DNA of 64,000 bases. It comes from a virus. The stretch lies in the IMG/VR virus record IMGVR_UViG_3300037875_000559, positions 20,199 through 84,198 of that record, one strand, 5' to 3'. The notes under the pieces were generated by a model. That model had not been told where the DNA came from. It saw nothing but the letters and a program-made list of their open reading frames with translations, and did not search any database. The position numbers and the translations under genes are program-made. Each line of letters starts with the position of its first letter. The first letter of the stretch is position 1. Shown here in pieces: positions 8,356-20,100 of the stretch.

Positions 8356-9208
8356 TGTTTGCAGGAGTTTGCCACTTCTTTGGATATGGTTTCATTTTCT
8401 TAGGGTCTTTTTGACCTTGGTTCATGAGGTAGTATCTCTTATTTCTTTCGCAATGATCGCTGTTTGGCTCTTTGTATTTGCAGTATATGCTCCAAGCTAA
8501 TGCCCAAGCCTTTGAAGTCTCGTAATCTTCTTCTTCTTCAAAGTAGTGTGCTTTTTCAGTGACATACTTAGGGACATCTCTTTCTTTTTTTTCAGCGACG
8601 AACATCTTTTCTGCATTTCTTGTAGGTAGGGAATGAGTTGAATATCCTCCCCAGGCTTTCTCATAGGAATTGAATGCTAGTTTAAGACTGTCCACATTTC
8701 CTGCAAGGATGGTGTGGTTATTATCTTTTATCCACTGTCCAATAGCCCTCAAATACTCCATATCCCTTTTCTGGTCTCGTATTTCTTGTACCTCTTCTTG
8801 CCATTTGAAGAAGAGGACTGTGGCTTTATTTATCTTTCTCACTTGTGACCCGTAGATAGTACCGTAGGGTTCTGCGAGAAAACCTGAATCATTCAAAAAT
8901 GCTTTTTGACTTCCCGGTAAGTAAATGCGAGCTAAGAAACCTTGACCTGTTTGTTTTGTCCATAGGTTGTGTTTCTGCCCAACTTTCGTTAAGAGTGATG
9001 AGAGCTTCTCTATATTCTCGATGCTTTCCTCTTTCTCCCACTCTTTATTTCTTTTACTCTCATTCAGCTTCCACTTCTTATATTCAGGGGACTTTCGGAA
9101 CTTGTACTCTAAAAACTCTTTACTGTCTGAATCCGTTAGATCAAAGGTATGCCCTGATCTCTTCAGATAAGCGTTTCTGACTATTTTTCTTATTTCTCTC
9201 TTATACAT
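8345..9208 (-). CDS. Hypothetical protein with leader motif and C-terminal ChaB-like helical module
   Basis: N-term MYKREIRKIVRNAYLKRSG; C-term DVPKYV...SKAWALAWSIY. Confidence 0.5.
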   Translation of the reverse strand: MYKREIRKIVRNAYLKRSGHTFDLTDSDSKEFLEYKFRKSPEYKKWKLNESKRNKEWEKEESIENIEKLSSLLTKVGQKHNLWTKQTGQGFLARIYLPGSQKAFLNDSGFLAEPYGTIYGSQVRKINKATVLFFKWQEEVQEIRDQKRDMEYLRAIGQWIKDNNHTILAGNVDSLKLAFNSYEKAWGGYSTHSLPTRNAEKMFVAEKKERDVPKYVTEKAHYFEEEEDYETSKAWALAWSIYCKYKEPNSDHCERNKRYYLMNQGQKDPKKMKPYPKKWQTPANTKG

Positions 9209-9224
9209 TGTGTGTTCCTTTTAA

Positions 9225-9236
9225 TAGTATATTTAT
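9225..9236 (+). promoter_or_regulatory. Putative late-promoter motif (TAGTATATTTAT) ahead of the tail-tube gene
   Basis: Recurrent motif about 50 nt before ATG 9287-9289 region start. Confidence 0.45.
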
Positions 9237-9268
9237 AGTCTTTCTATGTTTGTGACTATTAAGATTCT

Positions 9269-10117
9269 ATGAAAAGGAGAGAAGATATGGCTAATACTGA
9301 CTCAACCCCCGCAAATGGAGCACAAGGCTCTAGCCACATTTACGATTACAACTCAAGTCCAAACACTAGGGCGGCTATTTCTCAGAAGGTGAGGATTCTT
9401 ACTCCTGTGTATAAGCCAGGTCAAGAACAGAACAACTTACTTTATCAGTTAGGTGTGTGTTCTTCTTTCTCTGCTGATTTCAATAGGAGTGTAGAGGACA
9501 TTCGTGGTATTGGCTTTGGCGATCAGATTGCAGAGCGAGTTCCAGGTGTTTCTGATCCTGTGGATGTTTCTATAGAAAGAACTCTTATGTATCTTTCTAA
9601 CGGACACCAAGCGTTTGGTTTTGCTGGTGGTGTAGATGGCCCTGTTAGAACTCTTCAACATCACAGATGGCCTTTTGACATTGAGCAACAGTTGGTTTTC
9701 TCATCTATTGCAGATACTGAAACACCTACCGCAGTTTTTGAGAATCAGCAGGGCTTAAGAGATATTGACTTTAGTGGTCAAAGTGTGACAGGTGCTTCTG
9801 ATTACTATACCGAGCAAAAACACAAGGCTATAATCACTTATTTCGAGGCTTGTTGGATGACTTCCATAAGTGGAGCGAATCCAACTGCTGACTCTTCACT
9901 TATGGCTCAGAGTATTTCAGCAGCAGCTCAAGATGTACACGATCTGTTCTCAACTTATGGTGAGTTCTTACCAAGCGGTAATGACCCTACTATCGGTCAG
10001 AACGCCACTATTCGCCACAACAATGTAAGTGTTGCTTCAGGTAACGACGCTCTTTCGAGATCAGGAGCTGAAGATGTTGAAGGATCTAGTGGTGGTGTTG
10101 CAGATGGTGGTCTTTAA
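9269..10117 (+). CDS. Tail tube protein (contractile tail)
   Basis: R.VEDIRGIGFGDQIAERVPG...VSIER and WPFDIEQ...ITYFEACW patterns; first gene of a tube-chaperone-tape-measure block. The likely start is the second Met (MANTD, SD AGGAGA). Confidence 0.65.
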   Translation: MKRREDMANTDSTPANGAQGSSHIYDYNSSPNTRAAISQKVRILTPVYKPGQEQNNLLYQLGVCSSFSADFNRSVEDIRGIGFGDQIAERVPGVSDPVDVSIERTLMYLSNGHQAFGFAGGVDGPVRTLQHHRWPFDIEQQLVFSSIADTETPTAVFENQQGLRDIDFSGQSVTGASDYYTEQKHKAIITYFEACWMTSISGANPTADSSLMAQSISAAAQDVHDLFSTYGEFLPSGNDPTIGQNATIRHNNVSVASGNDALSRSGAEDVEGSSGGVADGGL

Positions 10118-10193
10118 TACCTAAAGAAATAGAAGTCTTTGGGTATTATAGGGTAGCCGTACCCTCTAAACAAACGGACAGGATTAAAAAATA

Positions 10194-10784
10194 ATGATTA
10201 CATTAAAAGATTTAGAGAGTGCTTTTGCACCTCTTTCAGAAATAGGTCACAAAGAAAAAGTCTTTGATCTTTTTGGTATGAAGATCACTCTCTCCACTCT
10301 TACTCCTTCACAAGAGTCTGCTGTACAACGTGCTGTCTCAGATAGTCAAGAAGACACAGATGCTCTTGCTTTAGAGTTTGTAGATAAGTTTCGCTCCGAA
10401 ACATTAAGTCGTTGTATTGCTCAGATAAACGACTTTGATCTAAGATCTTCTCATGTTCTTACAGGAGAAGTCTTAGATAATGGTGTTGGAGTTAGAATAA
10501 CAAAAGAGGAGGCAGTATTTGGTATTATTTCTTCTTGGAGTAGAGCAGTTATTTCTCAAGTTTTTAACTCGTATGCTCTTCTCGTAGAAGAAGTTGAAAA
10601 AGAGCTAGACGCTAAGTTTGATCTAAAGAAACTTGATGTTGAAGACGAAAAAGAAAACCTTCAAAACAGACTTAAGATAATTGAGAGTGCCGAAGCTGTT
10701 GAAGAAGTTTCAGACACTCCAAAAGAAAACATAGAGGTGGCAAAGTCTGAATACTCAGATGCCTTAAAGGGTATGGGGCAATGA
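10194..10784 (+). CDS. Tail assembly chaperone-like protein
   Basis: Lies between tube and tape measure; ITLSTLTPSQE pattern; acidic. Confidence 0.5.
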   Translation: MITLKDLESAFAPLSEIGHKEKVFDLFGMKITLSTLTPSQESAVQRAVSDSQEDTDALALEFVDKFRSETLSRCIAQINDFDLRSSHVLTGEVLDNGVGVRITKEEAVFGIISSWSRAVISQVFNSYALLVEEVEKELDAKFDLKKLDVEDEKENLQNRLKIIESAEAVEEVSDTPKENIEVAKSEYSDALKGMGQ

Positions 10785-10787
10785 TAG

Positions 10788-11912
10788 ATGTCCGACCCAT
10801 ATCAAGAAATAAGACACCTCATATATGATGGGTTCTTACAGAACCATATAATTATTTCTGAGGGTGATTTCTTTTTGAAACTTAGAAATCCTTCTAATGA
10901 AGATTTAGATTGGGTTTCAGAGTATTCTCCCACTTTAATGTGGAAGAAAGAAATAGCCTTGGTTGGCAGGAGTATACATTCTGTCAATGGTAGGAAGATT
11001 GACAGAGAAAACATATTTGATCTGATACGTTTTTTCTCCACTTTTAATACTCAAACGATTAGTCGTATTTCTTCCATAACCTATCGTCTTATGGAATCCG
11101 CAAAAAACGCTCACCGCTACCTGGAAGCGTACTGCTATGAAGACGAGTCTAGGTCTTTGTGGAATATGTGGATGGCTAATCAAAAGTTTGGCTATTCTCC
11201 TATAATAAATCAGACTAAGCTCAATGAACTACAAACCTCTTGGGTGAATTGGAACTTAGCTGAAGATGACCGTAAGTCTTCTCGGAGAGATTGGGATCAG
11301 TCTCTCTTGATCACATCTAGTATGAACCACAAGGGTGCTAAAGAAATAAGCTCTAAATGGGAAGCTACTGATAAACGAGAAGAAGAATATCGTCAAAATA
11401 TAAAGAAATCCGCTAAAGAAGGACATCTAAATAAAGAGTCCGTATCTAAGTTAAGAAATAATCTCGATACTTTTGATGACCTCAAAGAAGAAATGCGAAA
11501 ATGGGTGGCAGGGGAAGAAGACGACCATGATCGTATTGTTAGAGAATATAAAGAGTCGATGTACCGCAAAATCGAGGATAGTAAACTAAGAGCTGAAAAC
11601 ATAAGAAGAGACAATGAAGAGCGGAGAAAAGATTTATCAATATTTAATGATCCTTCCTATAGAAGCAGTCCAGTAGTTGCACTATCAGATGAAGAAGTTA
11701 AGAAAATGGTATCTTCCACAAAGAAATATAAAATCTCAGATGACCACGAAGAAAAGTTTGAACACGTTAAAGATCGTTATATTACGGCACATCAAACAAG
11801 TGGTCATTTGAAGATAGACGAAGATGGAAATATTGTAGACACTAAAAAATCTGAAAAGCAATCTTTGATGAGTCAGCTAAAGAAACGGCCTACCGTATTA
11901 GGAGATAGATGA
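10788..11912 (+). CDS. Second tail assembly chaperone-like protein
   Basis: Directly upstream of and overlapping the tape measure gene. Confidence 0.45.
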   Translation: MSDPYQEIRHLIYDGFLQNHIIISEGDFFLKLRNPSNEDLDWVSEYSPTLMWKKEIALVGRSIHSVNGRKIDRENIFDLIRFFSTFNTQTISRISSITYRLMESAKNAHRYLEAYCYEDESRSLWNMWMANQKFGYSPIINQTKLNELQTSWVNWNLAEDDRKSSRRDWDQSLLITSSMNHKGAKEISSKWEATDKREEEYRQNIKKSAKEGHLNKESVSKLRNNLDTFDDLKEEMRKWVAGEEDDHDRIVREYKESMYRKIEDSKLRAENIRRDNEERRKDLSIFNDPSYRSSPVVALSDEEVKKMVSSTKKYKISDDHEEKFEHVKDRYITAHQTSGHLKIDEDGNIVDTKKSEKQSLMSQLKKRPTVLGDR

Positions 11913-14900
11913 TGGCTAGTGAAAGTGCAAAAGTAGCAGAAATAGGAAACAACTTAGACGCTGTTATTTCCAACCTGCAAAAAGCAGGGAAGATGGACAT
12001 CATCGGTGCAGGTGATCTCCAACGTATGAAGGCTATGGAGAAGCTTTCAAAAGATGTGTCCAAGACATTAGTTGAAGGTGGGGCTAAGAATTATAGACTC
12101 ATGACTCAAAACTTGGAGGCTATTTCTCATAGAATAGGTGGGCTTCAAAAAGAGCAGATGAAATACCTGACCATATATGACAAAGCAGTCAAGTCAGGTA
12201 ATGAGAACATGATCAAGCTCGCTGAGAAAAGACTCAAATTAGCTAACAAACAAATGGAAGCGAGGCAGAAAGAAATAGAGCTTGAGCAAAAAAACTACAC
12301 ATACGAATATCAGAAGCTCAAAGACCTAAAGAAAGAATTAGAGTTCGCAGGGTCTAATATGCAGGGTACGATGTTCGACCCCGACCTTAACTTCAGAAAT
12401 ATAGATAAAGTTGCAGAGTACGCAGAAGGTCAGTTTGATCATGTAGCCGGTGCTTTTGGCGATGCGATGAGTGGGAGTCTTGATAATGTTGCAAGTAGAG
12501 GTATTGGGATTACAAGAGGTATTTCTAAAAGACTAAGAATTGCAGGTCAGCAGATTGAGGCTAGGGATGAGAAAAGTGGAGGACACTCCAAACTAGGAGG
12601 TATGATTACCAAGCTAGGTAAAGGTTTAGCTGTTTTTGGTGGTATCGCCGCAGGTTTATTCGCTGTAGCTAAAGCCATGCAAGCTGTTGAGGAAGCACAG
12701 AAAGGTGCGAACAAAGAACTCTTAGACTCTGTGGGTGGCACAGACCTAATGGTCTCTGGTACAAACAATCTTTATGACGCAGTAAATACACTGAGGAAAA
12801 GTTTATCAGACGGTTCGTTTGCTAACTCAATGGGTATGTCTCTCGATGAAGTAAGAGGGTTAGTAGGTGAGCTTCATAGTGTAGATATCACTATGAGAAG
12901 TCTCCAAGGAAATACTTATGCTCTTAAAGACATTATGAAGGATTTCCAAGGTAATGCTAAAATGCTTGGTGTTTCTTTTGCAGACGTTGCTGATTATTCT
13001 AATAACTTTAGAATGGAACTCGGCTATGCCGCTCAGGATGCGTCTTTCTTAGAAAGAATGGCAGATCAGTTCAATACTATTAGAGATTTAGCCCTCCAAT
13101 CTGGTTATAATACTAACAAGTTCTTTCAGACTGTGAAGAAACTTACGGATGGCGTAGACAACATGAACTATCGTGTAGGTCAAGCAGGTAAATTATTTCT
13201 GAATCTCTCTAAAGTGTTAGGGCCTAAAGCTGCTGAAGCATTTGCAGAAGGCTTGGCAGGTGGCTTCAAAGGTGAGGGTGTTGTCGATAGATACAAAAGA
13301 ATAATTCTTACAGGTGGAAAGAAATCGAAGAAAATTATTAAGAGCGTAGCTGAATCGGCAGCCGCTAACTTCAAGAAAACTTTCCAAGGGTCGGGAGAAG
13401 ATGACTTTAGTAAAGAGAAAGAAATACTTCAGAAATACGGTATTAACGTAGAAGGAGACAAGAGATCAATAGTGCAGGCTCTAGCGAGCAAGTCAGATAA
13501 AGAACGTCAGATGATAATGGGAGAGTTGCAGACTACAGGAGGTAAGGGTCAAGGTATGTCTCGTCAACTTATGGGCATGTTTGACTTGGCTAAAGGCTCA
13601 AAAGGTGGTCTTTCTAATATGGCGATGGCTCTTGGTCAAATGGACATGATGGGCAGTATGCAAATGCAAATGGCTCAAGTGAACGCATTTCTTGGGGATA
13701 AGGGTTTTGCAGGAGCAAGTGCTACACAACTCGAAGCTCTCTCACAGTACACAGGGAAGAGCATGGAAGAACTTGAGAATATGCGTCAGATTGACTTTAT
13801 GATGAGAGGTCAATTCATGGAGCTTGAGAAAATAAGGCAAGGTACAGGAGATGATGCAACCAAAAAGGCGGAACTAGAAAAGAAGGGCTTCAAAGGTCTG
13901 ACAGTCAAAGACGGCAAGATACTTACAGACACAGGAGAAGAAATAACGAATCTTAATGAATATATGGCTTCTCAAGGTTCTGTAATGGAAGACATGAAGA
14001 TGGACACAACAACTCAGAATCAACTTTTGAGAGATCAAACAGATGCAACTCTTACTTCGGCACAAATGATTAACAATCATTTAGGTGGAATCATGCAGAA
14101 CGCCACAGATGTTTTGGGGCAGATGCTACGCCATCAAACAAAAGACGATGACATCGCTCAATACCAACAACAATATATAGCGGAAACACAGGCTCAAATA
14201 ACAGAGCAAAAGAAGCTACTTGAAAAAGAAACATCTAAAGGTAAAAAAGAACTAAATGAACTTATCTCTTCCAAAGAGGGGGTTAAAGATGCCAACGCTC
14301 TCAGAGAAATAAACAGCAAGATAAAAGAAAAGAGATCACAGATCGAAGGAGGTTCAAGCCAAAGAAAACAAACTTTGGCGAGATTACGAGCACGAAAAAG
14401 AGGGCTATCCGGTTCTTCTGGCTATGCGATGTTGGAGAGTTTACAAAAACAGGGTGGTGGAGATGTTAGTAACTTTGATGAAAAGGGTTTAGATAATGTT
14501 TCAAAAGAAGACTTGATTAAGAAATATGGCTATTCTCCCGAAGAAGCTAATCAGATGGTGGCTCGTAGGGCTTTAAGAAAAGCAGGCGGAACTCTAAAGG
14601 GTCAGATAACAACCAAAGAGCAAGCAGATAAGGTTCTTAAAGATTATGAGCAACAAGATGGTCATTTATCAAGAGCTGGGGGTAAAGGGGCAGAATCCGA
14701 GCGTATTAGGAAAGCAACAAGCTCGTGGGGGCCCGGGGGTGCGACACAATATAGTGACGTTATGAGTAGTGTAGGGTCTGCTTTGAGAGGTGCAGGGGTT
14801 GAGAGAAAAAGAGAAGGTGCTTTTAATAGATCAGGGGGTACAAGTAGTTTGGTTGCAGAAGATGGAACTGTAATAAGCAGATCTAAAAGCAAAGGGAGAA

Positions 14901-15550
14901 ATACGGGTGTGCTTCAAACTAAAGAATTAAAAACCGAAGATGCGAAACAAAAAGAGCTAAGAGAAGGAAATGCTCAAAAAATCGCTGATGAAATCAGTAC
15001 TTTAAAAGATAAAATGACCAATGAGACCGATGAGAAGAAGAAAGAAAAAATACGTCAAGAAATGTTCGCTAAGAATAAGAAATTGAAAGATTTCTATGCA
15101 GATGCAGCCGTTCTCGCACAAAGGAAAATAGCAAGAGAGAGAGGTGAGGGTGTTGTTAAGAACATTTTAGGTCAAGACACTAAGCTCGACTCTAAAAACA
15201 GACGTGATCAAGCGATGAAAAAGCTTCAACGTCAGCTGGCAGACCCATCTTTAGATGATCAAGGCAGAACTAGAATACAAACAGCGATGGATGCTTTAGG
15301 TGCAAATGAAGTGTTCTATAGTACAGACTCAAGAAGTGCTTCAACTAGCAACAAACCTATGCTCTTTAGGAGAGGTACTCTTACGGTAGGTCAACCATAC
15401 GATCAAGTCGATATGTACGACCCAAGAGGAGGAGGAGGTAGTGGAGGAGGTGCTTCTCCTGTCATTAATATTTACGGAGGAGATGAAAAGAGAGTCTTTG
15501 ATGTCGTTAAAAGAGCAATGAAAGCTCAGTCTAATACTATGATGGGATAA
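11909..15550 (+). CDS. Tape measure protein
   Basis: 1213 aa, helical, A/G/Q/K/M-rich; hydrophobic segment LAVFGGIAAGLFAVA; C-term Gly linker plus VINIYGGD; synteny. Confidence 0.8.
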   Translation: MMASESAKVAEIGNNLDAVISNLQKAGKMDIIGAGDLQRMKAMEKLSKDVSKTLVEGGAKNYRLMTQNLEAISHRIGGLQKEQMKYLTIYDKAVKSGNENMIKLAEKRLKLANKQMEARQKEIELEQKNYTYEYQKLKDLKKELEFAGSNMQGTMFDPDLNFRNIDKVAEYAEGQFDHVAGAFGDAMSGSLDNVASRGIGITRGISKRLRIAGQQIEARDEKSGGHSKLGGMITKLGKGLAVFGGIAAGLFAVAKAMQAVEEAQKGANKELLDSVGGTDLMVSGTNNLYDAVNTLRKSLSDGSFANSMGMSLDEVRGLVGELHSVDITMRSLQGNTYALKDIMKDFQGNAKMLGVSFADVADYSNNFRMELGYAAQDASFLERMADQFNTIRDLALQSGYNTNKFFQTVKKLTDGVDNMNYRVGQAGKLFLNLSKVLGPKAAEAFAEGLAGGFKGEGVVDRYKRIILTGGKKSKKIIKSVAESAAANFKKTFQGSGEDDFSKEKEILQKYGINVEGDKRSIVQALASKSDKERQMIMGELQTTGGKGQGMSRQLMGMFDLAKGSKGGLSNMAMALGQMDMMGSMQMQMAQVNAFLGDKGFAGASATQLEALSQYTGKSMEELENMRQIDFMMRGQFMELEKIRQGTGDDATKKAELEKKGFKGLTVKDGKILTDTGEEITNLNEYMASQGSVMEDMKMDTTTQNQLLRDQTDATLTSAQMINNHLGGIMQNATDVLGQMLRHQTKDDDIAQYQQQYIAETQAQITEQKKLLEKETSKGKKELNELISSKEGVKDANALREINSKIKEKRSQIEGGSSQRKQTLARLRARKRGLSGSSGYAMLESLQKQGGGDVSNFDEKGLDNVSKEDLIKKYGYSPEEANQMVARRALRKAGGTLKGQITTKEQADKVLKDYEQQDGHLSRAGGKGAESERIRKATSSWGPGGATQYSDVMSSVGSALRGAGVERKREGAFNRSGGTSSLVAEDGTVISRSKSKGRNTGVLQTKELKTEDAKQKELREGNAQKIADEISTLKDKMTNETDEKKKEKIRQEMFAKNKKLKDFYADAAVLAQRKIARERGEGVVKNILGQDTKLDSKNRRDQAMKKLQRQLADPSLDDQGRTRIQTAMDALGANEVFYSTDSRSASTSNKPMLFRRGTLTVGQPYDQVDMYDPRGGGGSGGGASPVINIYGGDEKRVFDVVKRAMKAQSNTMMG

Positions 15551-15556
15551 AGAAAT

Positions 15557-16195
15557 ATGGCTAAGATTATTAAAACACCATTTCGATCTCATGAAGATCA
15601 GTTTTTAAATCAGAATAAGCGACCTGTTGTTTTTGACATCATAGCCCCTGACGGTAGAGATACTATGCTCCCCGATGGGATAAAATTAGTATGTCATTCC
15701 AATCCGAAAGACTTAAATTTCAGCTATACAAAGAAAGTCTCACGCTCTCCAACAATTGGTGGTTGGGTTGAAACTTATTGGGGCGAAGAACCCTACACTA
15801 TTTCTTTATCTCTTTCTTCGGGAGGCTTTATTCGACTTGGTTCTGGTTTGTCTAATGTTACTGGTTCAGTTCAGACTCAGGGAAGTAAACTCGACTCTAA
15901 AGAAACTTTTGGAGAAAACTTAGGTGGAAATAGGCGAGAGACGATTACTTATGACAAGTATTTAGACCTTCTCTCACTTTTTCACAACAACGGTTCTATC
16001 TATGACGAGCAAGGCTTCATAGCTTTACAAGGCTCTATTAAGATGTCTTATGATGGAGGTACTTGGTATGGGTGGTTTCAGAGTTTCTCGGTGAGCGAAG
16101 CCGCTGAAAAGCCTTTCACTTTCGATATGAGTTGTGTTTTCCAAGTAGAAAGAGAAATACATGGAGTAAGAACACAAGGGGGAGTATTCAAATGA
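15557..16195 (+). CDS. Tail tube initiator / baseplate protein
   Basis: NPKDLNFSYTK..SRSPTIGGWVETYWGE, tube-fold-like; follows tape measure. Confidence 0.6.
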   Translation: MAKIIKTPFRSHEDQFLNQNKRPVVFDIIAPDGRDTMLPDGIKLVCHSNPKDLNFSYTKKVSRSPTIGGWVETYWGEEPYTISLSLSSGGFIRLGSGLSNVTGSVQTQGSKLDSKETFGENLGGNRRETITYDKYLDLLSLFHNNGSIYDEQGFIALQGSIKMSYDGGTWYGWFQSFSVSEAAEKPFTFDMSCVFQVEREIHGVRTQGGVFK

Positions 16196-17187
16196 AGGGG
16201 ACTACAGCTACATTTCCTTATGTCAATCTGCCGACAGATGAAGACTTCATATTATTTCCTGAAGACAACATAGGCACTATACCCATAGACGGTAGTCATC
16301 AGAATCTTAGAAGGTTTTCACCCTTTATCTTAGAAGTCATACCTCCTAAGATAAACGATCCTAGTACAGGGCAAGAGCGTGTTATCAACTATGGTCTAGT
16401 TTCAAGAGTAGATGAAAGAAATAAGCCTTTTTCTTCTCCTCTCAGACAAGTCACACAGAGTCGCCCTTCAAGAAGTCCTCATATTTCTCCTAATCTTTCT
16501 TCTTTGGCTTCACAACCTGTAGGTGGAACTAGAACAAGAGCACAAGGAGATGATTTTGTAACTATTTCAGATTCTCTAGGTTCTAAGTTTACAGATAGAA
16601 ATAATCTTTTAGAAGTAGCAAGACAGACTTTCACTTTAGATTTCTTACCTCCGATAGTATTTCTCATCAATCCTGCAAGTTTAGATGTCGCTTATAACGC
16701 TATTCAGAATTTCTCTGAGCAGACAAGATATGGTTTCATCTTTCAAAGGTGGGGTGAAGAACTGCCTGAACTAACTCTAAGTTGTCGTGTTGGGGGTTTT
16801 ATTGCAGGTAGAGCCCAGAGTGAGTCTGCTGATGAGAATGGGAATCTAAGAGGCGTTTCAGGTCTTCAAATGGCAAGTAAGAAAGACAGTGCTTCTTACA
16901 GACAGTTGATGTCTTTGCTTGCTATTTATAAGAATGGTTCAGCCCTTGTAGATACTGTAAGTAGGTCGAGAGCTTACTATGCTGTAGGTAGGCAAGCTAT
17001 TCACTATGATGGACAGACATGGGAAGGTAGAATAAATACTTTCTCATATTCAGAAGATGAGAACTCTATACATGGTGGTCTTACTTTAGACATCGGGTTT
17101 ACTGTTTATAAGCATTATTGGCACGATCAAGGTAAAGGGAATATCGAACCACATTTAACCAACGTGGCTAAGAAAGAGGGGGGTTGA
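16192..17187 (+). CDS. Second tube-initiator-like baseplate protein
   Basis: INPASLDVAY...EQTRYGFIFQRWGEE resembles the preceding ORF; likely start ATG 16192 (ATGA coupling). Confidence 0.55.
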   Translation: MKGTTATFPYVNLPTDEDFILFPEDNIGTIPIDGSHQNLRRFSPFILEVIPPKINDPSTGQERVINYGLVSRVDERNKPFSSPLRQVTQSRPSRSPHISPNLSSLASQPVGGTRTRAQGDDFVTISDSLGSKFTDRNNLLEVARQTFTLDFLPPIVFLINPASLDVAYNAIQNFSEQTRYGFIFQRWGEELPELTLSCRVGGFIAGRAQSESADENGNLRGVSGLQMASKKDSASYRQLMSLLAIYKNGSALVDTVSRSRAYYAVGRQAIHYDGQTWEGRINTFSYSEDENSIHGGLTLDIGFTVYKHYWHDQGKGNIEPHLTNVAKKEGG

Positions 17188-17188
17188 T

Positions 17189-20100
17189 ATGTCTGTAGAT
17201 AAAAGACCATATGCAGGGAATTGGTCACCTGACATTCTTAATTATAAGAGGAAATACACGACTTGGACACCCGATGCGATTGTTCTTTTCAATGGAGACA
17301 CTAAGTTACCGGGCTGTAATGAGTGTAAGAATAAAATAGATTTCCAAGCTTTTATTACAAGTGTCAACTGTAGTGGAGGCACAGACTCAGGCTCTTCTTC
17401 CGCAGATATTTCTTTAGCAATACCTTCTCATTATGGAGACAGTATTTTTAAAGATGGAGAATTTCTCTTCCAAACGGGAGTTGAGGTCAACATTTACTAC
17501 CGAGGTTTCTTTGAAGTTAGTGGTTTACGTCCTGAAGGAGAGACCGTTTCAGAGAATATAGGTGGGGAGCAAGTTGAGTTTGATCTTAACAAAGTAGAAA
17601 TGCGTCCTTACTACCCTGTATTTCATGGAGTAGTCACATCTGTGAGTTACAGCTTTTCGGGTGGTTTTTATTCCGCTTCTCTTTCCTGTGCAAACATTCT
17701 TCATTTTTGGAACAATCAAAAGATAAGCACATCCGCCGCATATCTGGCTGCAAAACCCTCTGCGAGTCGTGGGTCTGTAAGATTTAATGGTCATGTCTAC
17801 ACGAATATGACACCACATCAGATTATCTATGACTTATATAGAGACTCCTCTGGTTCAGCCGATGGTGTAGGGTGGACATTCTCTAGGAAATCCAATATGA
17901 CAGGAAAGACACAACTAGAGGGTAGGTCTGAAAGTCTTTATTCTCTTTCTTTGTTGTATTGGAACAGTCGCTTTGCACAAGGAGCTTATTCTTTAAGAAT
18001 GTACGGAGCATCGGGGGCAGTATATACAGGGCTTCAAACAACGTACTTGGGAAATAAGATAGCTACTTCTAAGAAGCTACAGAAGTTGAGTACATCGGCA
18101 AAGAAATCTAACGCCGCTCAAGAGTTTCAAACTGAGTATGCAATCAAACTTTCGGAGAGAGATGAGAAGCTCAGAGTATTGAGACAACCTGATGGTGATT
18201 ATCTCCCTGCACTCCCTGGTTCTAAAACAGGTGTTTCCGTAGCAGATCAGAAATCTTTTATTACAGATATTTCTGCAATGGGTAGCTTTGAGTTGTTCGA
18301 TACTCAATATGACACGAAATTAGGAATTGCAAGTCAAGTCGCAGACAAAGCAGGTTATGAGTTTTATCAAGATGTAGATGGGTCTTTGGTATTCAAGCCC
18401 CCCTTCTATAACCTAGATACGAGTTCTAGTCGTGTATATAGAATAGAGAATGAGGATATTCTTGATATTTCTTTTGAAAACCAAGAGCCTGAGTATACAT
18501 ATGCAGTGTGTAAGGGAGGCTTATTCAGAAATACCGCAGGGCTTGGTATGGAAGGTACTTGGGGTGTTAAGAGCACCTATGTCGATTATAGGCTTGTTGC
18601 GAAATATGGTTGGAAAGCTTTAGAGTTTGACACGACTTTCTTTAATAACAAGACAGCAGCTTACTATGCGGCAGTTGTGGAGCTAGAGAAATCGAATGTA
18701 AATGTGAATGGGTGTAGTGTAACTATTCCTTTAAGACCAGAGATGAGACCCGGCTATCCTGTTTACATCCCCTACATAGATTGCTTTTATTATGTTACGG
18801 CAATAAGTCATTCTTTCTCTTTTGGTTCAGACTGTACGACAAGTTTAACTTTGACAGCTCGAAGAAAGAAGTTCCATGCTCCTGCAACTTCATCTAAAAA
18901 TGGAATAGAAAGTGTAGACTTAGGTAACCCTGCTCTACCTCCCAAGAGACTCATTTTTAAAGATCAGAGAGGGCATTATAATACAATAGGTTTTCCTAAT
19001 GTAGTTATGGCTCTCGACCCAACTAAAGTGAATCCAAACCATTCTTTCTTTAGGTTTGATTTCCATGAGGGGCTTGTCTCTAACAACAGTAAACTTAGAA
19101 GAGCATTTAAGAATGCTCTTATTTTGCAAGCGTATGAGATGAAGATACTAACTCTTTCAAGCTCGGCTAGTGCTGATCCAAATGACGATGGTTTCTTTAA
19201 TGGTCCTTGGACTTTGAGTATAGAGGGCGAAAATGGTGGGGCAGAGACAATTAAACTTGGAAGAGAAGTTAGGAGAGTACCTATTTATAAAAAAAACCAA
19301 GCGGGGAAAAAAGTAAAATCAGGAAGGTCTAAAACAGTTGGAGTGGATATTAAAGGCACTTCAGCACTAAGGGGACTCGCTCAGGCAAGAGACAAAAAGA
19401 TTTCAGACGCTATGAAAAATAGAAATAAAGCAGACTTTGGTGAAGTAGATAAAGAAGCTAGAGAAGCATATTATAAAGCAAGAAATGATCTTAAAGGGGG
19501 AGATAATTTTACAGTAATAGACTTAATCGACCTTGTTCAAGATAGTAATCCAAGTGGGGGTCAACCTGACAGTGATAATTCTGCAAGCACTGCTAATATT
19601 CTTAAGTTGTTGGACGACAAGAAATCTTCTTTCAACCCCAATGTGCCAGGCTACTATCGCTATTACTCTAGTTCACACCCGAAACCTGAACATCAAGCTC
19701 CACTTGATATGGTAGTAGACCCAGAAACTAATAAACTTACGAGTTTAGACCCACAACTCTTGGTTGATGGGGTAGAAGGTTTTGTAATAAAGGATAAGAA
19801 GACTACCCCCGCATTACCTGACGAAGTTGTAGTACAGAAAGAGACTATCAAGAGAGGTTTTAAAACTAAGACTAAGTATTCTAAGGCAGAGCCAGAAATA
19901 GTCCCTACGAAAGACATCCTTCATCTTTCTTTCCAATATCATGGTGCTTACAAGAAGAAGGGGATTTATACTGACGCTATTAAAGTGAAGCGTAGTCCTA
20001 AGAGTATAATAAGAGACATTAGAAAGGCAGTTACAAGCGGAGTAAATAGGGCTTTCAAGGGAAAGAAATCTATTCTATCTAGTGCTTTAGTGCTGAGTGT

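Noticed and set aside
10776-10790. Programmed frameshift or readthrough between the two tail chaperone genes
   Set aside because: The ORFs are in the same frame but separated by two consecutive stops (TGA TAG ATG), and no slippery heptamer is evident.
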